Shown here: piece by piece, positions 48,262 to 57,635 of the stretch
Layout of the letters: each line of letters opens with the position of its first letter
Position numbering within the stretch: the stretch's first letter is position 1
Source: Candidatus Saccharimonadota bacterium
GTDB taxonomy: Bacteria > Patescibacteriota > Saccharimonadia > Saccharimonadales > Saccharimonadaceae
Reading direction: 5' to 3'
DNA: 64,000 nucleotides
Assembly: GCA_017515205.1 (NCBI GenBank)
Contig: JAFWHN010000005.1
Location: 13 to 64,012 of the forward strand
Position numbers and translations under genes: made by a program
Notes under the pieces: model-generated
Seen by the model: the letters and a program-made list of their open reading frames with translations, nothing else
The model's database searches: none
What the model was told of the DNA's origin: nothing

Positions 48262-50011
48262 CAATATTATAAACTGTGCCAACAAACCAGATTTCCCCAG
48301 AAGATTTATCACGAATTAAAAAGACGAACGGTTTATTTAGAGATAAATCAACTTCTTCAACTGGTACTTCCCATTCATACTCAAAATGACCCCCGCCCGT
48401 GCTCCCAGCTCCACCCATAGAAGTAGTTGCTGCAGCTTTTATCCCATCATTGCTAAAATCAATATTAGCTTTATGCATCACAAAGTCAATTCTCGGATTA
48501 TCAGACGAATTCTCGTCAGGCTCTAGCATATTAGAAAGATCTGCATTTTCTCTAGAAAAGACATCAACAATTCCAAATTTCTCCAAATCATCCTTCAGGC
48601 TTTCCATTTCATATTCAAACTTGAAAAACGGTATATCGGCAGATAATTTGGTCACTACTCCATCTTTATAACTCTGAGCTTGGTTAGCATCTTTAAGACT
48701 ATTAATTAGGCTAGTTGCTTTTTCTGCCGTTAAATCATTAATATAATTATTTAAGCTTTTTGTTTTTGGCATAATACTCACATACTGGAGGGTAGAACCA
48801 TCATATTCTTTCAAATCTTTTGCAAAGACAATTTCATCATCAGTATTATTAAAATAAAAATCAGTTGACTCGTCGACACGCCCATAATTTGATTTGAGCT
48901 CAGACATATACTTCTCTAGATCGAAAGAAAGATCAACGTCTTCAGGATTTTCAGGTGGATTTTTTCTTTGTTCCTCTAACCATTTATTGTATTCATTTTG
49001 GACTGTACTACGAATTGTTTCCTCGCCCAACTCTTTTACAATATCATATCGATTAGCACTTGCCCCAATCCTAGCAACGCTAACATCATCTTTACCGTTG
49101 AAAGTTCCTTTTGCAAAATCGTCCATTACGGCAGAAATATAGTGTGAATAAACTTCATGAGGATACCTGACAGAAAAAGTCCCTACCTTATCATTGCTTA
49201 AACAAGGCACAGATCTTTCGCCAATCGTACATTGTAACTGATTATTCCAGCTCATATCTATTGCTAGAGCATTAGTTAATAGATAATTTACTTCAGGGTT
49301 CAATGTTTCTTTATCAAATGTTTCAGGAATAATTCCCAGAGTTTTATCGCTTATCCATTTATTTGCCACATCTGGCGTATTAAAAGAATCAAATATCACA
49401 TCCGCATTGTATTTGGTTTGTATTGTATCGGTATACGTTTTCTTCACTTTTTCAGCAAAATCATTACGGATAAACATCGCATTTGCAAGAGAGCGATTTT
49501 TGCTATTAAGATAAGACTTAGGTAAATAATCGCCGATTATCCTTGTGATTTGTTCTTTAGAGTTGCCATTTGCTCCATCAGCAAGCATCGCAAGTGCATA
49601 TTTGATGGAAAGAGGGCTATAAACTAAATTATCTTCTACGTTTTCTAATCCCACAAACGCTAGGTCAAAATCGCTTAATCCATTACCTGGGATAGTCAAC
49701 TTCTCATAGTATGACAATTCTTTGGTAGTCAACTGATCATTGGCAGTTTCATCTCCACTTTCTTCTGGAAGATTAGCTAAAACCGCAGCTAATACTCCGA
49801 TTCCAATTACCAATATAGAAACTACAGATAAAACAAGAATTAATTTTTTCTTACTCTTTTTTGTAGTAGGTTGATCTGTCGCAACAATATCTGCAGGGTT
49901 CCCAGCGCTTTGAGGTTCAGTAGTAACTGATTGGTCTGGCATAGTTACAACTGATTGCGCATCTCCTAGCTGTTCACTATTATCATTCACGTTTTGATTA
50001 TTTTGATCCAT
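48254..50011 (-). CDS. Membrane-anchored serpin
   Basis: NLVYSPLSI, NALAI..W, hinge GIKAAATT, NKPFVFLIRD...FVG. Confidence 0.9.
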   Translation of the reverse strand: MDQNNQNVNDNSEQLGDAQSVVTMPDQSVTTEPQSAGNPADIVATDQPTTKKSKKKLILVLSVVSILVIGIGVLAAVLANLPEESGDETANDQLTTKELSYYEKLTIPGNGLSDFDLAFVGLENVEDNLVYSPLSIKYALAMLADGANGNSKEQITRIIGDYLPKSYLNSKNRSLANAMFIRNDFAEKVKKTYTDTIQTKYNADVIFDSFNTPDVANKWISDKTLGIIPETFDKETLNPEVNYLLTNALAIDMSWNNQLQCTIGERSVPCLSNDKVGTFSVRYPHEVYSHYISAVMDDFAKGTFNGKDDVSVARIGASANRYDIVKELGEETIRSTVQNEYNKWLEEQRKNPPENPEDVDLSFDLEKYMSELKSNYGRVDESTDFYFNNTDDEIVFAKDLKEYDGSTLQYVSIMPKTKSLNNYINDLTAEKATSLINSLKDANQAQSYKDGVVTKLSADIPFFKFEYEMESLKDDLEKFGIVDVFSRENADLSNMLEPDENSSDNPRIDFVMHKANIDFSNDGIKAAATTSMGGAGSTGGGHFEYEWEVPVEEVDLSLNKPFVFLIRDKSSGEIWFVGTVYNIAS

Positions 50012-50056
50012 AAACCTCCTTATCGATGGACCAATTATATATTAATATAAGCAATT

Positions 50057-50869
50057 TTACAACTGATTTAGATTAATCTCCGGAAAATGCGTTCGGATAT
50101 GCTCGGCATAGCCATTATCAATATCCTTCCATGCCTTCTTCATTCGCGTAATCTCGCTAGTATTATCAAAATAGCTCAAAAAGGCTTTTTCAAAATCTTT
50201 AGGCGCAGGTCTAGAGATTATTCTTGCTACATCCATATTCGGATTGCCTGTTCCTGCGAAGCAAAAATCAATTACGCCAATTACTTTATCATTTTTATCT
50301 AACAAAATATTTCCCAGATTTAAATCTCCGTGCACAAACTTTGACTGCTCGGTTGCTTTAATATATTTATGATCCGCATCAATATGCTTATCGTAATGCT
50401 CGTAGTCCAGTTCATGCAAAAATTCGCTAAGAGGGAACTGCACTTCTTTTGGCGCTCCTCTTAAATCAATGCCAGATAATTCTTTAATAAACTTCGCTAC
50501 ATCATATGCCGCACCAGTTAGCGCCGTATGTGATAAATGATAAATCCTATCTCCCAGTGTATAACCCTCAATTTTTTCGTGTACCGAAAACGGCCGCCCC
50601 TTAGAATCGTAATATAGTTTCATCTGCGGTGTGTAATAGCTAGTCTTGCCATCCACAAAATTACAAACTGCCGCATCTTTCACAATCATTCTTGACCAAA
50701 ACGGATTTCGTGGGAACCTGAAAAAATAAGCTCCTTTATCAGTATTTACCTCGATTACAATATTTGTCCAACCAGTTAAAATCTGCTTTGTGTCTAGAAC
50801 CTGTTTATCATCCATCGTCTCCTCAATAATTTTGTCCAACGGATCCGATGGAGTAAAAAAATTGTTCAT
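50057..50869 (-). CDS. Aminoglycoside-phosphotransferase-like kinase
   Basis: GWTN P-loop, FFRFPR, HGDLNLGNILL, GVIDF. Confidence 0.85.
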   Translation of the reverse strand: MNNFFTPSDPLDKIIEETMDDKQVLDTKQILTGWTNIVIEVNTDKGAYFFRFPRNPFWSRMIVKDAAVCNFVDGKTSYYTPQMKLYYDSKGRPFSVHEKIEGYTLGDRIYHLSHTALTGAAYDVAKFIKELSGIDLRGAPKEVQFPLSEFLHELDYEHYDKHIDADHKYIKATEQSKFVHGDLNLGNILLDKNDKVIGVIDFCFAGTGNPNMDVARIISRPAPKDFEKAFLSYFDNTSEITRMKKAWKDIDNGYAEHIRTHFPEINLNQL

Positions 50870-50977
50870 GTCTATATTATACGCTCTTTTGTTTTTCTTG
50901 CAAAAACGCTAAAAACCTATCTATAATGCCAGCTAAAAATACTTATCGTATTTGCCACCATATGTTATACTTATACC

Positions 50978-51544
50978 ATGGATAATGTTAAAATTCTCGC
51001 CGTAGTGGGCATGAGCGGGTCCGGCAAATCCGTGGTAGTAGACTATCTTACTGACAAAGGTTACCCCAAAGTCTACTTCGGTGGTATGATTTATAAAGAG
51101 ATGGAAAAACGTGGCATTGAGCGTACGCCCGATGGCGAATCCGAAAAGAAGTTTCGTGAAGAAATTCGTGAAAAAGAGGGAAAAGATTGGGTGGTCAATC
51201 AAGTTATCGCTGAAACCAAAGATTTAATTGCCGCCGGTCAAAAGCGCATTGTACTTGATGGCGTGTACTCTTGGACTGAATATAAGATTTTAAAGCACGA
51301 ATTCCCTAAAATTCTCACTTTTGTAGCCATCGTTGTAGACAAGAATTTACGCTATGATCGTGTTTCTAAACGTCCAGGTCGTTCCTTCGATGCTAAAGCG
51401 ATTCGTGAACGTGATCGCAGCGAAATCGAGAATCTCGAAAAAGGTGGCCCCATCGTTGCGGCCGACTATTATATTTTAAATAATGGTTCTATCGCAGATA
51501 TTCAAAATCGCGTTGATGGAATATTAAAGGAGATTGAGTTTTGA
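50978..51544 (+). CDS. P-loop nucleotide kinase (dephospho-CoA/adenylate-kinase-like)
   Basis: VVGMSGSGKS; VLDGV; RDRSEI...GG. Confidence 0.75.
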   Translation: MDNVKILAVVGMSGSGKSVVVDYLTDKGYPKVYFGGMIYKEMEKRGIERTPDGESEKKFREEIREKEGKDWVVNQVIAETKDLIAAGQKRIVLDGVYSWTEYKILKHEFPKILTFVAIVVDKNLRYDRVSKRPGRSFDAKAIRERDRSEIENLEKGGPIVAADYYILNNGSIADIQNRVDGILKEIEF

Positions 51545-51981
51545 CTACTACCGCTAATATATCCAATGTGGCTTACAAAAAAGGGAATTGGATGCGATAT
51601 ACCCTTTGGGCTCTAGCTGCCGTCTGCATCATCATCCTAATTCACACTTTTATCACTACTATGAATGGCGGTGTCTCAGCTGCTGTCCCTGAAGATTTTC
51701 GTTTTGCACTCACCGATAATTATAGCGAAGGTAGTAAACTCCGTACTACCTATTACGTATATGACGACAAAATTCTGGTAGTCGATGAAAGCGTTGATGA
51801 TAGTGGCGTCAACCGTAGTGTCATGATTTATGACGATGTCAATACTACTCCTCTCTATTTAGATTCTGAAGATACTACTGAAATTTGCGAGCTTGGCAGT
51901 TGTGCTGCCTATCCGAAGGTTCTTTCTACTATTAAAAGTTTAATTTCGCGTAAGGTGGGTCGGGAATATATAGGACTATAA
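51541..51981 (+). CDS. Hypothetical membrane protein
   Basis: Coupled to both neighbours; one TM helix; Cys pair. Confidence 0.6.
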   Translation: MTTTANISNVAYKKGNWMRYTLWALAAVCIIILIHTFITTMNGGVSAAVPEDFRFALTDNYSEGSKLRTTYYVYDDKILVVDESVDDSGVNRSVMIYDDVNTTPLYLDSEDTTEICELGSCAAYPKVLSTIKSLISRKVGREYIGL

Positions 51982-54359
51982 TGAAGCGTTTAGTATTAAT
52001 CGATGGTAAATCAGTTTTCTATCGTGGATACTATGCTATGGGCGCTCTTAGCCTCTCAGATGGCACCCCTACTGGTGGCGTTTACGGTTTTGCTGCCATT
52101 GCCATGGAGATTGTCAAAAAACTTGACCCTACCAAAGTCGTGGTAGCTTGGGACTCAAAAACTTCTACCGCCAAACGTCGTGCCATTTACCAAGATTATA
52201 AAGCTGGTCGCATTAAGCCCGGCGAAGATTTCTATACTCAAATACCTTTGCTTCAAACTTTAATTCAAGATTTAGGCTGGAGTTTTGTTGAAATTGATAA
52301 TTATGAAGCAGACGATATCATTGGGACACTAAGTCGTGAAGCCGACGAAGCCGGAGACTATGAAACTTACATTATTTCCAGCGACCTCGACATGCTCCAA
52401 ATTGTCGATAGCAATACCCATATGTGGCGTATTCTTAAAGGTTTCACTAATATTGAAAAAATTAATGTCCCCGAGCTAGAAGCTAAGTACGGCATCAAAA
52501 AGTCTCAATTCTTAGATCTTAAAGCTTTGAAAGGCGATTCTTCCGATAATATCCCAGGCGTTCCTGGCATCGGCGAGAAAACCGCTGCAAAATTATTAAA
52601 TGATTATGGTGATTTGGATAACCTTTATGAGCATCTAGATGAAATCAAGGGTTCCACCAAGACCAAACTTGAAGCAGGGAAAGATTCTGCCTATATGTCT
52701 CGTGACCTTGCTCGTATTATGTTTGACGCACCTGTTGACCTCAAAAAAATCCCTGATTTTCATTTTGACCAAGACAAAGTAATATCTGGCCTCAAAAAGC
52801 TCGAATTCAACTCCCTCATCCGCAAGGTTGACAAGGAAGCGCTCGAAAAAAATACTTTCGAGGAGCATAATCGCCGAGGGCCGGCCGCCCGTGGCGACGG
52901 GCCAGCCGGACGCGGCCCCAGAAGTAACAATGCTTCAGTGCCTGACATCATTGATTGGGACATCAAAGGCTTAATGCATAGCGACCAAACCATCGCCGAT
53001 GCAATTCTATCTGGCAAAAAATCTTTTTGGGACCTCGGCCAAGCTACCTTTTTGTTAAATCCTCTTTCGCGTGAAGAGCCACACCTTGCAGTTTTAGAAG
53101 AAGAGTACCAGCGTCAATTAACCGAATTTGCAAAAAATCCTCAACTTCTCAGTATCTATCAAGATTTTGATCTTCCACTCATCCCAATTCTATACAAAAT
53201 GGAAGATAAAGGCATGACTTTAGACTCAGATTATTTTAAAAAGCTTAAATCCGAATACGAGGAAATTATCCAGAACCTTGAACAAGAAATTTATCAATTG
53301 GCTGGTCAAGAATTAAATCTCAACTCACCCATTCAACTCTCCGAAGTGCTATTCAATAAGTTGCAACTTCCGACTAAAGGTATTAAAAAGACTACGCGGG
53401 GTTATTCTACTGGTGCTAAAGAATTAGATAAACTTCAAAATCTTCATCCTGTCATTCCCAAAATTATCGAATATCGCGAAGCTGCCAAACTTTTAAATAC
53501 TTACATTATTCCTTTGCCAGAACTTGCTGATTCGAACAATCGTATTCATACTACTTTTACTCAAAACGTTACTGCTACTGGTCGCCTTAGCTCCAAGGAT
53601 CCCAATCTCCAGAATATTCCTGTCCGCACTGACGAAGGCAAGCGTATCCGCACTGGTTTTATCGCACCGAAGGGCAAAATCTTTGTTTCCGCTGATTATT
53701 CTCAATTTGAACTCCGCCTTGCCGCCGTTCTTTCAAACGATCAGGCCCTTATTGATGATTTTAATCACGACATCGACGTTCATACCAAGACTGCCTCTGA
53801 AGCATTCAAAACTCCTTTTGCAAAAGTTACCAAGACACAACGTCGTGCTGCTAAGGTGATTAATTTTGGCATTCTTTATGGTATGAGTGTCAAAGGCTTG
53901 TCTGATGCTGCTAAAATGCCATTTAACGAAGCTAAAGATTTTATCGACAATTATTTCAAATTACGTGCACCTATTAAACAAAAATTGGAGGCTATCTTAA
54001 AACAAGCCAGGGAAGCAGGCTTCGTCGAAACTTTCTACGGCCGTCGCCGTCCTACGCCAGACGTTAAATCAAGTAATTTCCTTATCCGCCAAGCCGCTGA
54101 GCGTGCTGCTGCCAATATGCCGATTCAGGGTACCGAAGCTGATCTCATGAAACGCGCCATGATCCAAGTTGACCAGGCTTTGCCAGATGATGCTTCTCTG
54201 GTCATGCAAGTGCATGATTCTCTTATTGTGGAATGTGACGAAAAATCAGCTCAACTGGTATCCGATATTCTTAAAACCAAAATGGAAGCCATTGCTCCTG
54301 AATTAAAAATCAAACTTGCTGTTGACGTGACCACTGGCCACAACTGGGGCGAATTATAA
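51981..54359 (+). CDS. polA: DNA polymerase I (reduced 3'-5' exonuclease region)
   Basis: YEADD, GDSSDNIPGV, TGRLSS..PNLQNIP, ADYSQ.ELR, K..NFG..YG, QVHD. Confidence 0.96.
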   Translation: MKRLVLIDGKSVFYRGYYAMGALSLSDGTPTGGVYGFAAIAMEIVKKLDPTKVVVAWDSKTSTAKRRAIYQDYKAGRIKPGEDFYTQIPLLQTLIQDLGWSFVEIDNYEADDIIGTLSREADEAGDYETYIISSDLDMLQIVDSNTHMWRILKGFTNIEKINVPELEAKYGIKKSQFLDLKALKGDSSDNIPGVPGIGEKTAAKLLNDYGDLDNLYEHLDEIKGSTKTKLEAGKDSAYMSRDLARIMFDAPVDLKKIPDFHFDQDKVISGLKKLEFNSLIRKVDKEALEKNTFEEHNRRGPAARGDGPAGRGPRSNNASVPDIIDWDIKGLMHSDQTIADAILSGKKSFWDLGQATFLLNPLSREEPHLAVLEEEYQRQLTEFAKNPQLLSIYQDFDLPLIPILYKMEDKGMTLDSDYFKKLKSEYEEIIQNLEQEIYQLAGQELNLNSPIQLSEVLFNKLQLPTKGIKKTTRGYSTGAKELDKLQNLHPVIPKIIEYREAAKLLNTYIIPLPELADSNNRIHTTFTQNVTATGRLSSKDPNLQNIPVRTDEGKRIRTGFIAPKGKIFVSADYSQFELRLAAVLSNDQALIDDFNHDIDVHTKTASEAFKTPFAKVTKTQRRAAKVINFGILYGMSVKGLSDAAKMPFNEAKDFIDNYFKLRAPIKQKLEAILKQAREAGFVETFYGRRRPTPDVKSSNFLIRQAAERAAANMPIQGTEADLMKRAMIQVDQALPDDASLVMQVHDSLIVECDEKSAQLVSDILKTKMEAIAPELKIKLAVDVTTGHNWGEL
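52878..52918 (+). repeat. Palindromic element related to the argS copies (in polA)
   Basis: gccgcccgtggcgacgggccagc (52884-52906) matches argS gccgcccgtaacgacgggccggc at 20/23. Confidence 0.8.
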
Positions 54360-54369
54360 AATCTGCATC

Positions 54370-54400
54370 AAAAAACCGAGCCTTTCTGCCCGGTTTTTTT
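54370..54400. terminator. Bidirectional terminator after polA
   Basis: aaaaaaccg...cggttttttt. Confidence 0.65.
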
Positions 54401-54407
54401 ATTCTAT

Positions 54408-54845
54408 TTATTGAGCGTAAGCAACGTTTTGCTCCATCGCCTGAGTTTCTAGCGCCGCGAGTCTTTCCGCATCATCAATTGAAGAATTAACACAATGCTT
54501 CACGCGCGCCTTTTCCTCAGCTTTTTTGGCATCGTTCCAGCGGTCCAAAGTACCTACTAGATAACCAGTAATTCGGCGCAGTCTTTCAAATTTCCCTTCA
54601 TCGAACCACACCTCATGTTCGTCAAAGTATTCCTTCATAGCCTTATCGCCAGCTTTTTCACCAATCAACTTCATACCAATCTCCACTAAGCAGGACACAT
54701 GCATCGTTTCATATTGGTCAAACTCTGCTAAAGCTTCTTTGATTTCTTTTTCTGAAACTTTTGCATACTTAGCTAATGATTTTTCAAATCTTTTTAAATC
54801 AAAAGCTTCAGCATCATTCGGGTTCTTATATAAAATTTTCTTCAT
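54408..54845 (-). CDS. Mini NrdD-like protein (ATP-cone-like N-terminus plus glycyl-radical C-terminal segment)
   Basis: FERLRRITGYLVGTLDRWNDAKKAEEKARVKH matches the class III RNR C-terminus; no catalytic barrel. Confidence 0.8.
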   Translation of the reverse strand: MKKILYKNPNDAEAFDLKRFEKSLAKYAKVSEKEIKEALAEFDQYETMHVSCLVEIGMKLIGEKAGDKAMKEYFDEHEVWFDEGKFERLRRITGYLVGTLDRWNDAKKAEEKARVKHCVNSSIDDAERLAALETQAMEQNVAYAQ

Positions 54846-54903
54846 GGCTTTCCTTTCTGTGCGTTTTTCACGCGTTTATGTTTATAAGCATTACCTGAAA
54901 TCC

Positions 54904-54958
54904 ATTCTAACCCCACATATAGTGTTTGTCAAGACTTTTTTAACACTAAATATAGCGT
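54904..54958 (-). promoter_or_regulatory. Sigma70 promoter with two tandem NrdR boxes
   Basis: Minus strand TTGACA-17 nt-TAGAAT; boxes accccacatatagtgt (54910-54925) and acactaaatatagcgt (54943-54958). Confidence 0.8.
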
Positions 54959-54996
54959 TTTTCCACAATTTAGCCGTTTCATGGTAAAATGTATCT

Positions 54997-55638
54997 ATGC
55001 CAAGTTGGAACACTCATTTGGAGGCTGGTTCACGTTTAGCTGACAGGCTCAAACTTTCTGGCGCTAAACGTCAAGAGTTTTTGTTGGGCTGTATTTTGCC
55101 AGACATTAATAATGGGTACATTAATCATGTTGGTGTCAAAAAACACCACCACGAGACTCATTATGCCTACAATGACAAAAGTACCAAAAATTTCTACGCC
55201 GAAAATCAAGCCGAAATTGATGCTAAAAACCCGATTTTTCTCGGCTATCTTTTTCACCTTTATACCGATGGTTATTTCAACCACACTTTTTACCGTGAAA
55301 TTAAAAAATCACCCTTAAGCGCTCAATTACCTAGCGACGAATGGCGCGGCATCAAACACCACGATTTTTGGCTTTACGATACCAAGTTTCGCCATCGACT
55401 CGGTATTAAAAAAACCGAACTTGCTCGTCTTGCCAAATGTGCCAACACCATAAAAGTCATTGAAATTACCCCTCAGGATATCGAAAACGTCGAAAAGGTC
55501 CTCGCCGATGATTCTTTTAATAGCCATATGAAAGGGAACCATTATATTTTTTATGACGAAAATGATCTCGACGATTTATTAGAAGAAACTATCCAAAGTT
55601 TCATCCACGATTATCTCGGAGATTTTCAAAATGCCTGA
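54997..55638 (+). CDS. Zinc-dependent phospholipase-C-like metallohydrolase
   Basis: MPSWNTH, LPDI, HHHETH, GYLFHLYTD. Confidence 0.6.
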   Translation: MPSWNTHLEAGSRLADRLKLSGAKRQEFLLGCILPDINNGYINHVGVKKHHHETHYAYNDKSTKNFYAENQAEIDAKNPIFLGYLFHLYTDGYFNHTFYREIKKSPLSAQLPSDEWRGIKHHDFWLYDTKFRHRLGIKKTELARLAKCANTIKVIEITPQDIENVEKVLADDSFNSHMKGNHYIFYDENDLDDLLEETIQSFIHDYLGDFQNA

Positions 55639-56527
55639 ACTGCCAGAAGTTGAAACTATTCGGCGTGGGCTCAATAGTTTTATTTTGAAACACCAAATTA
55701 CCTCCACGGATGTCTTTTGTAAAAAATCTTTTATTGGCAAGCCGACTACTGGTCGCGTCATCAGTCTTCGTCGTTTTGGTAAAGCCTTAATTCTCGATCT
55801 CGATAATCAGACCTCATTTATGATTCATTTACGCATGACTGGTCAACTAATATTTGATGGCAAAAAACGTTATGCGGCCGGCCATCCCAGCGACAATTTT
55901 ACTGCCGAGCTTCCTAACCGTCAGACCCGTGTGGTGCTACATTTTGACCACGGCACACTTTATTTTAATGACCAACGTAAATTTGGCTTCATCAAAGTGT
56001 TGCCCACCAAAGCGGTAGAGGATGACGATTTCATTAAAAAACTTGCCAGAGAACCTTGGGATATGACTGCCGACGAGCTATACGCTAAGCTCCAAAAACA
56101 TAAAAATTCTTGTATCAAGGCTGTGATTTTAGACCAAACTGTAATATGTGGTCTCGGTAATATTTACTCCGATGAAGCCTTGTTTGCTTCAAAAATTCAC
56201 CCAGAAACCAAAGCTGGTGTGCTTACTAAAAAGCAGGCGGGCATGCTTTTAGAATCTGCTCGAAATGTTATGGATCGCTCCATTGAGTCTGGCGGTTCTA
56301 CCATGGCCACCTATGTGAAAGCCGACGGTACCAAGGGCGATTATCTCGAAAAGTTTGCGCAAGTTTTTCGTCGCGAAGGCAAAAAATGCCCATGTTGTGG
56401 TGCCACTATTCAAAAAATCAAAGTCGCTGGTCGTGGCACCCACATTTGTCCACATTGCCAAAAACTCTCTGTAAGTGTTGATTCTAGCGCCTGTCAAAAT
56501 GCCGAAAGGGGACCAAAAAATGATTAA
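55631..56527 (+). CDS. mutM: Formamidopyrimidine-DNA glycosylase
   Basis: MPELPEVE, HLRMTG, GLGNIYSDE, CxxC...CxxC zinc finger. Confidence 0.96.
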   Translation: MPELPEVETIRRGLNSFILKHQITSTDVFCKKSFIGKPTTGRVISLRRFGKALILDLDNQTSFMIHLRMTGQLIFDGKKRYAAGHPSDNFTAELPNRQTRVVLHFDHGTLYFNDQRKFGFIKVLPTKAVEDDDFIKKLAREPWDMTADELYAKLQKHKNSCIKAVILDQTVICGLGNIYSDEALFASKIHPETKAGVLTKKQAGMLLESARNVMDRSIESGGSTMATYVKADGTKGDYLEKFAQVFRREGKKCPCCGATIQKIKVAGRGTHICPHCQKLSVSVDSSACQNAERGPKND

Positions 56528-57125
56528 AATCTTTACTGGTGAAGATCGTATTAGAGCCAAAAAAGCCATTGTCGATTTTCTCGGCCCCGACTACGAAATT
56601 ATCGAAGGCACCGATTTGACAACTTCCGACCTCCCTACCATTTTTCTCGGTCAATCCCTTTTTGCTAAAAAGCGTAAAGTTTTGATTCAAGATTTGTCAG
56701 TTAATAAACCAGTTTTTGATGAGCTACCAAAGTATTTAGATACCCCACATGAAGTTGCCATTCTTGAGCTCAAACTAGATAAACGTTCAACCACTTACAA
56801 AGCCCTTCAAAAGCAAATCGAAATTAAACAGTTTTCGCTTGCTAAAAATCCTAATCTCAGCCTTGTTTTTGATATTTATCGCACTGCCAAAACTAATGGC
56901 GAGAAAGCTGTCTCCATGCTCGAAAAAATCAAATCCGAAGAAGACCCTATCATGTTTTTTGGTTTACTTGTCTCGCAAGCTATTAAAGATTACAACACGA
57001 GGCAGGGAATTAAAGAAAAAAGAGCTCTTAAAGAGCTCTCCGATTTAGACATTAAACTTAAAACTACTTCTTTTCAGCCTTGGCTTTTGATTGAGTCGTT
57101 TTTGCTGCGGCTTTCGTCGTTTTAG
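56520..57125 (+). CDS. holA: DNA polymerase III delta subunit, short form
   Basis: IFTGED, LPTIFLGQSLF..KR, D..LK...PWLLIESFL; located next to rpsT. Confidence 0.65.
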   Translation: MIKIFTGEDRIRAKKAIVDFLGPDYEIIEGTDLTTSDLPTIFLGQSLFAKKRKVLIQDLSVNKPVFDELPKYLDTPHEVAILELKLDKRSTTYKALQKQIEIKQFSLAKNPNLSLVFDIYRTAKTNGEKAVSMLEKIKSEEDPIMFFGLLVSQAIKDYNTRQGIKEKRALKELSDLDIKLKTTSFQPWLLIESFLLRLSSF

Positions 57126-57459
57126 CAGCTGGCTTCTTTGTAGCGGTAGCTTTCTTAGCGGCTGGTTTTTTAGCAGTCGCTTTTGTCGCCGGCTTTGCCG
57201 CCTTTTTCTCTAATTTCATGCCCGCTTTTTTTGCTAATTCTGCGAGCTTTGCCTTCCGTCTAGAAGCAGTATTTTTCTTTAGCAAATCTTTTTTTACGGC
57301 TTTGTCATATTCTGACTGTGCTTTTGCAAAATTCTTAGCCGTTGGCTTCAACTTAAAAGCCTTCACTGCGGCCTTAATATCTTTCTTAATTTTTTCGTTA
57401 TGCTCGGTTCGCTTTTCAGCTTGCCTTGCAGCCTTTTTGGCAGACTTAATAATCGGCAT
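57064..57459 (-). CDS. rpsT: 30S ribosomal protein S20 with Lys/Ala-rich C-terminal extension
   Basis: MPIIKSAKK...KKNTASRRKAKL; tail KKPAAKK repeats. Confidence 0.93.
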   Translation of the reverse strand: MPIIKSAKKAARQAEKRTEHNEKIKKDIKAAVKAFKLKPTAKNFAKAQSEYDKAVKKDLLKKNTASRRKAKLAELAKKAGMKLEKKAAKPATKATAKKPAAKKATATKKPAAKTTKAAAKTTQSKAKAEKK

Positions 57460-57635
57460 CTATCTTCCTATTTAGATTAAAAATTAATGACTTTTGATTA
57501 TTATAACTCTTTCTCTAGAAAAAGTAAAGAGGGTTCTCTTGAGTTTTCGCCACCAACAACTAACTACTATTTTACCTTACAAATCTCTTGCAGTTTTTTT
57601 AAGCTTATGGTAACATAAAAAATAGAAAGGTAATT

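Noticed and set aside
56461-56527. MutM C-terminal extension as another repeat insertion
   Set aside because: No palindrome and no match to the argS/polA core.
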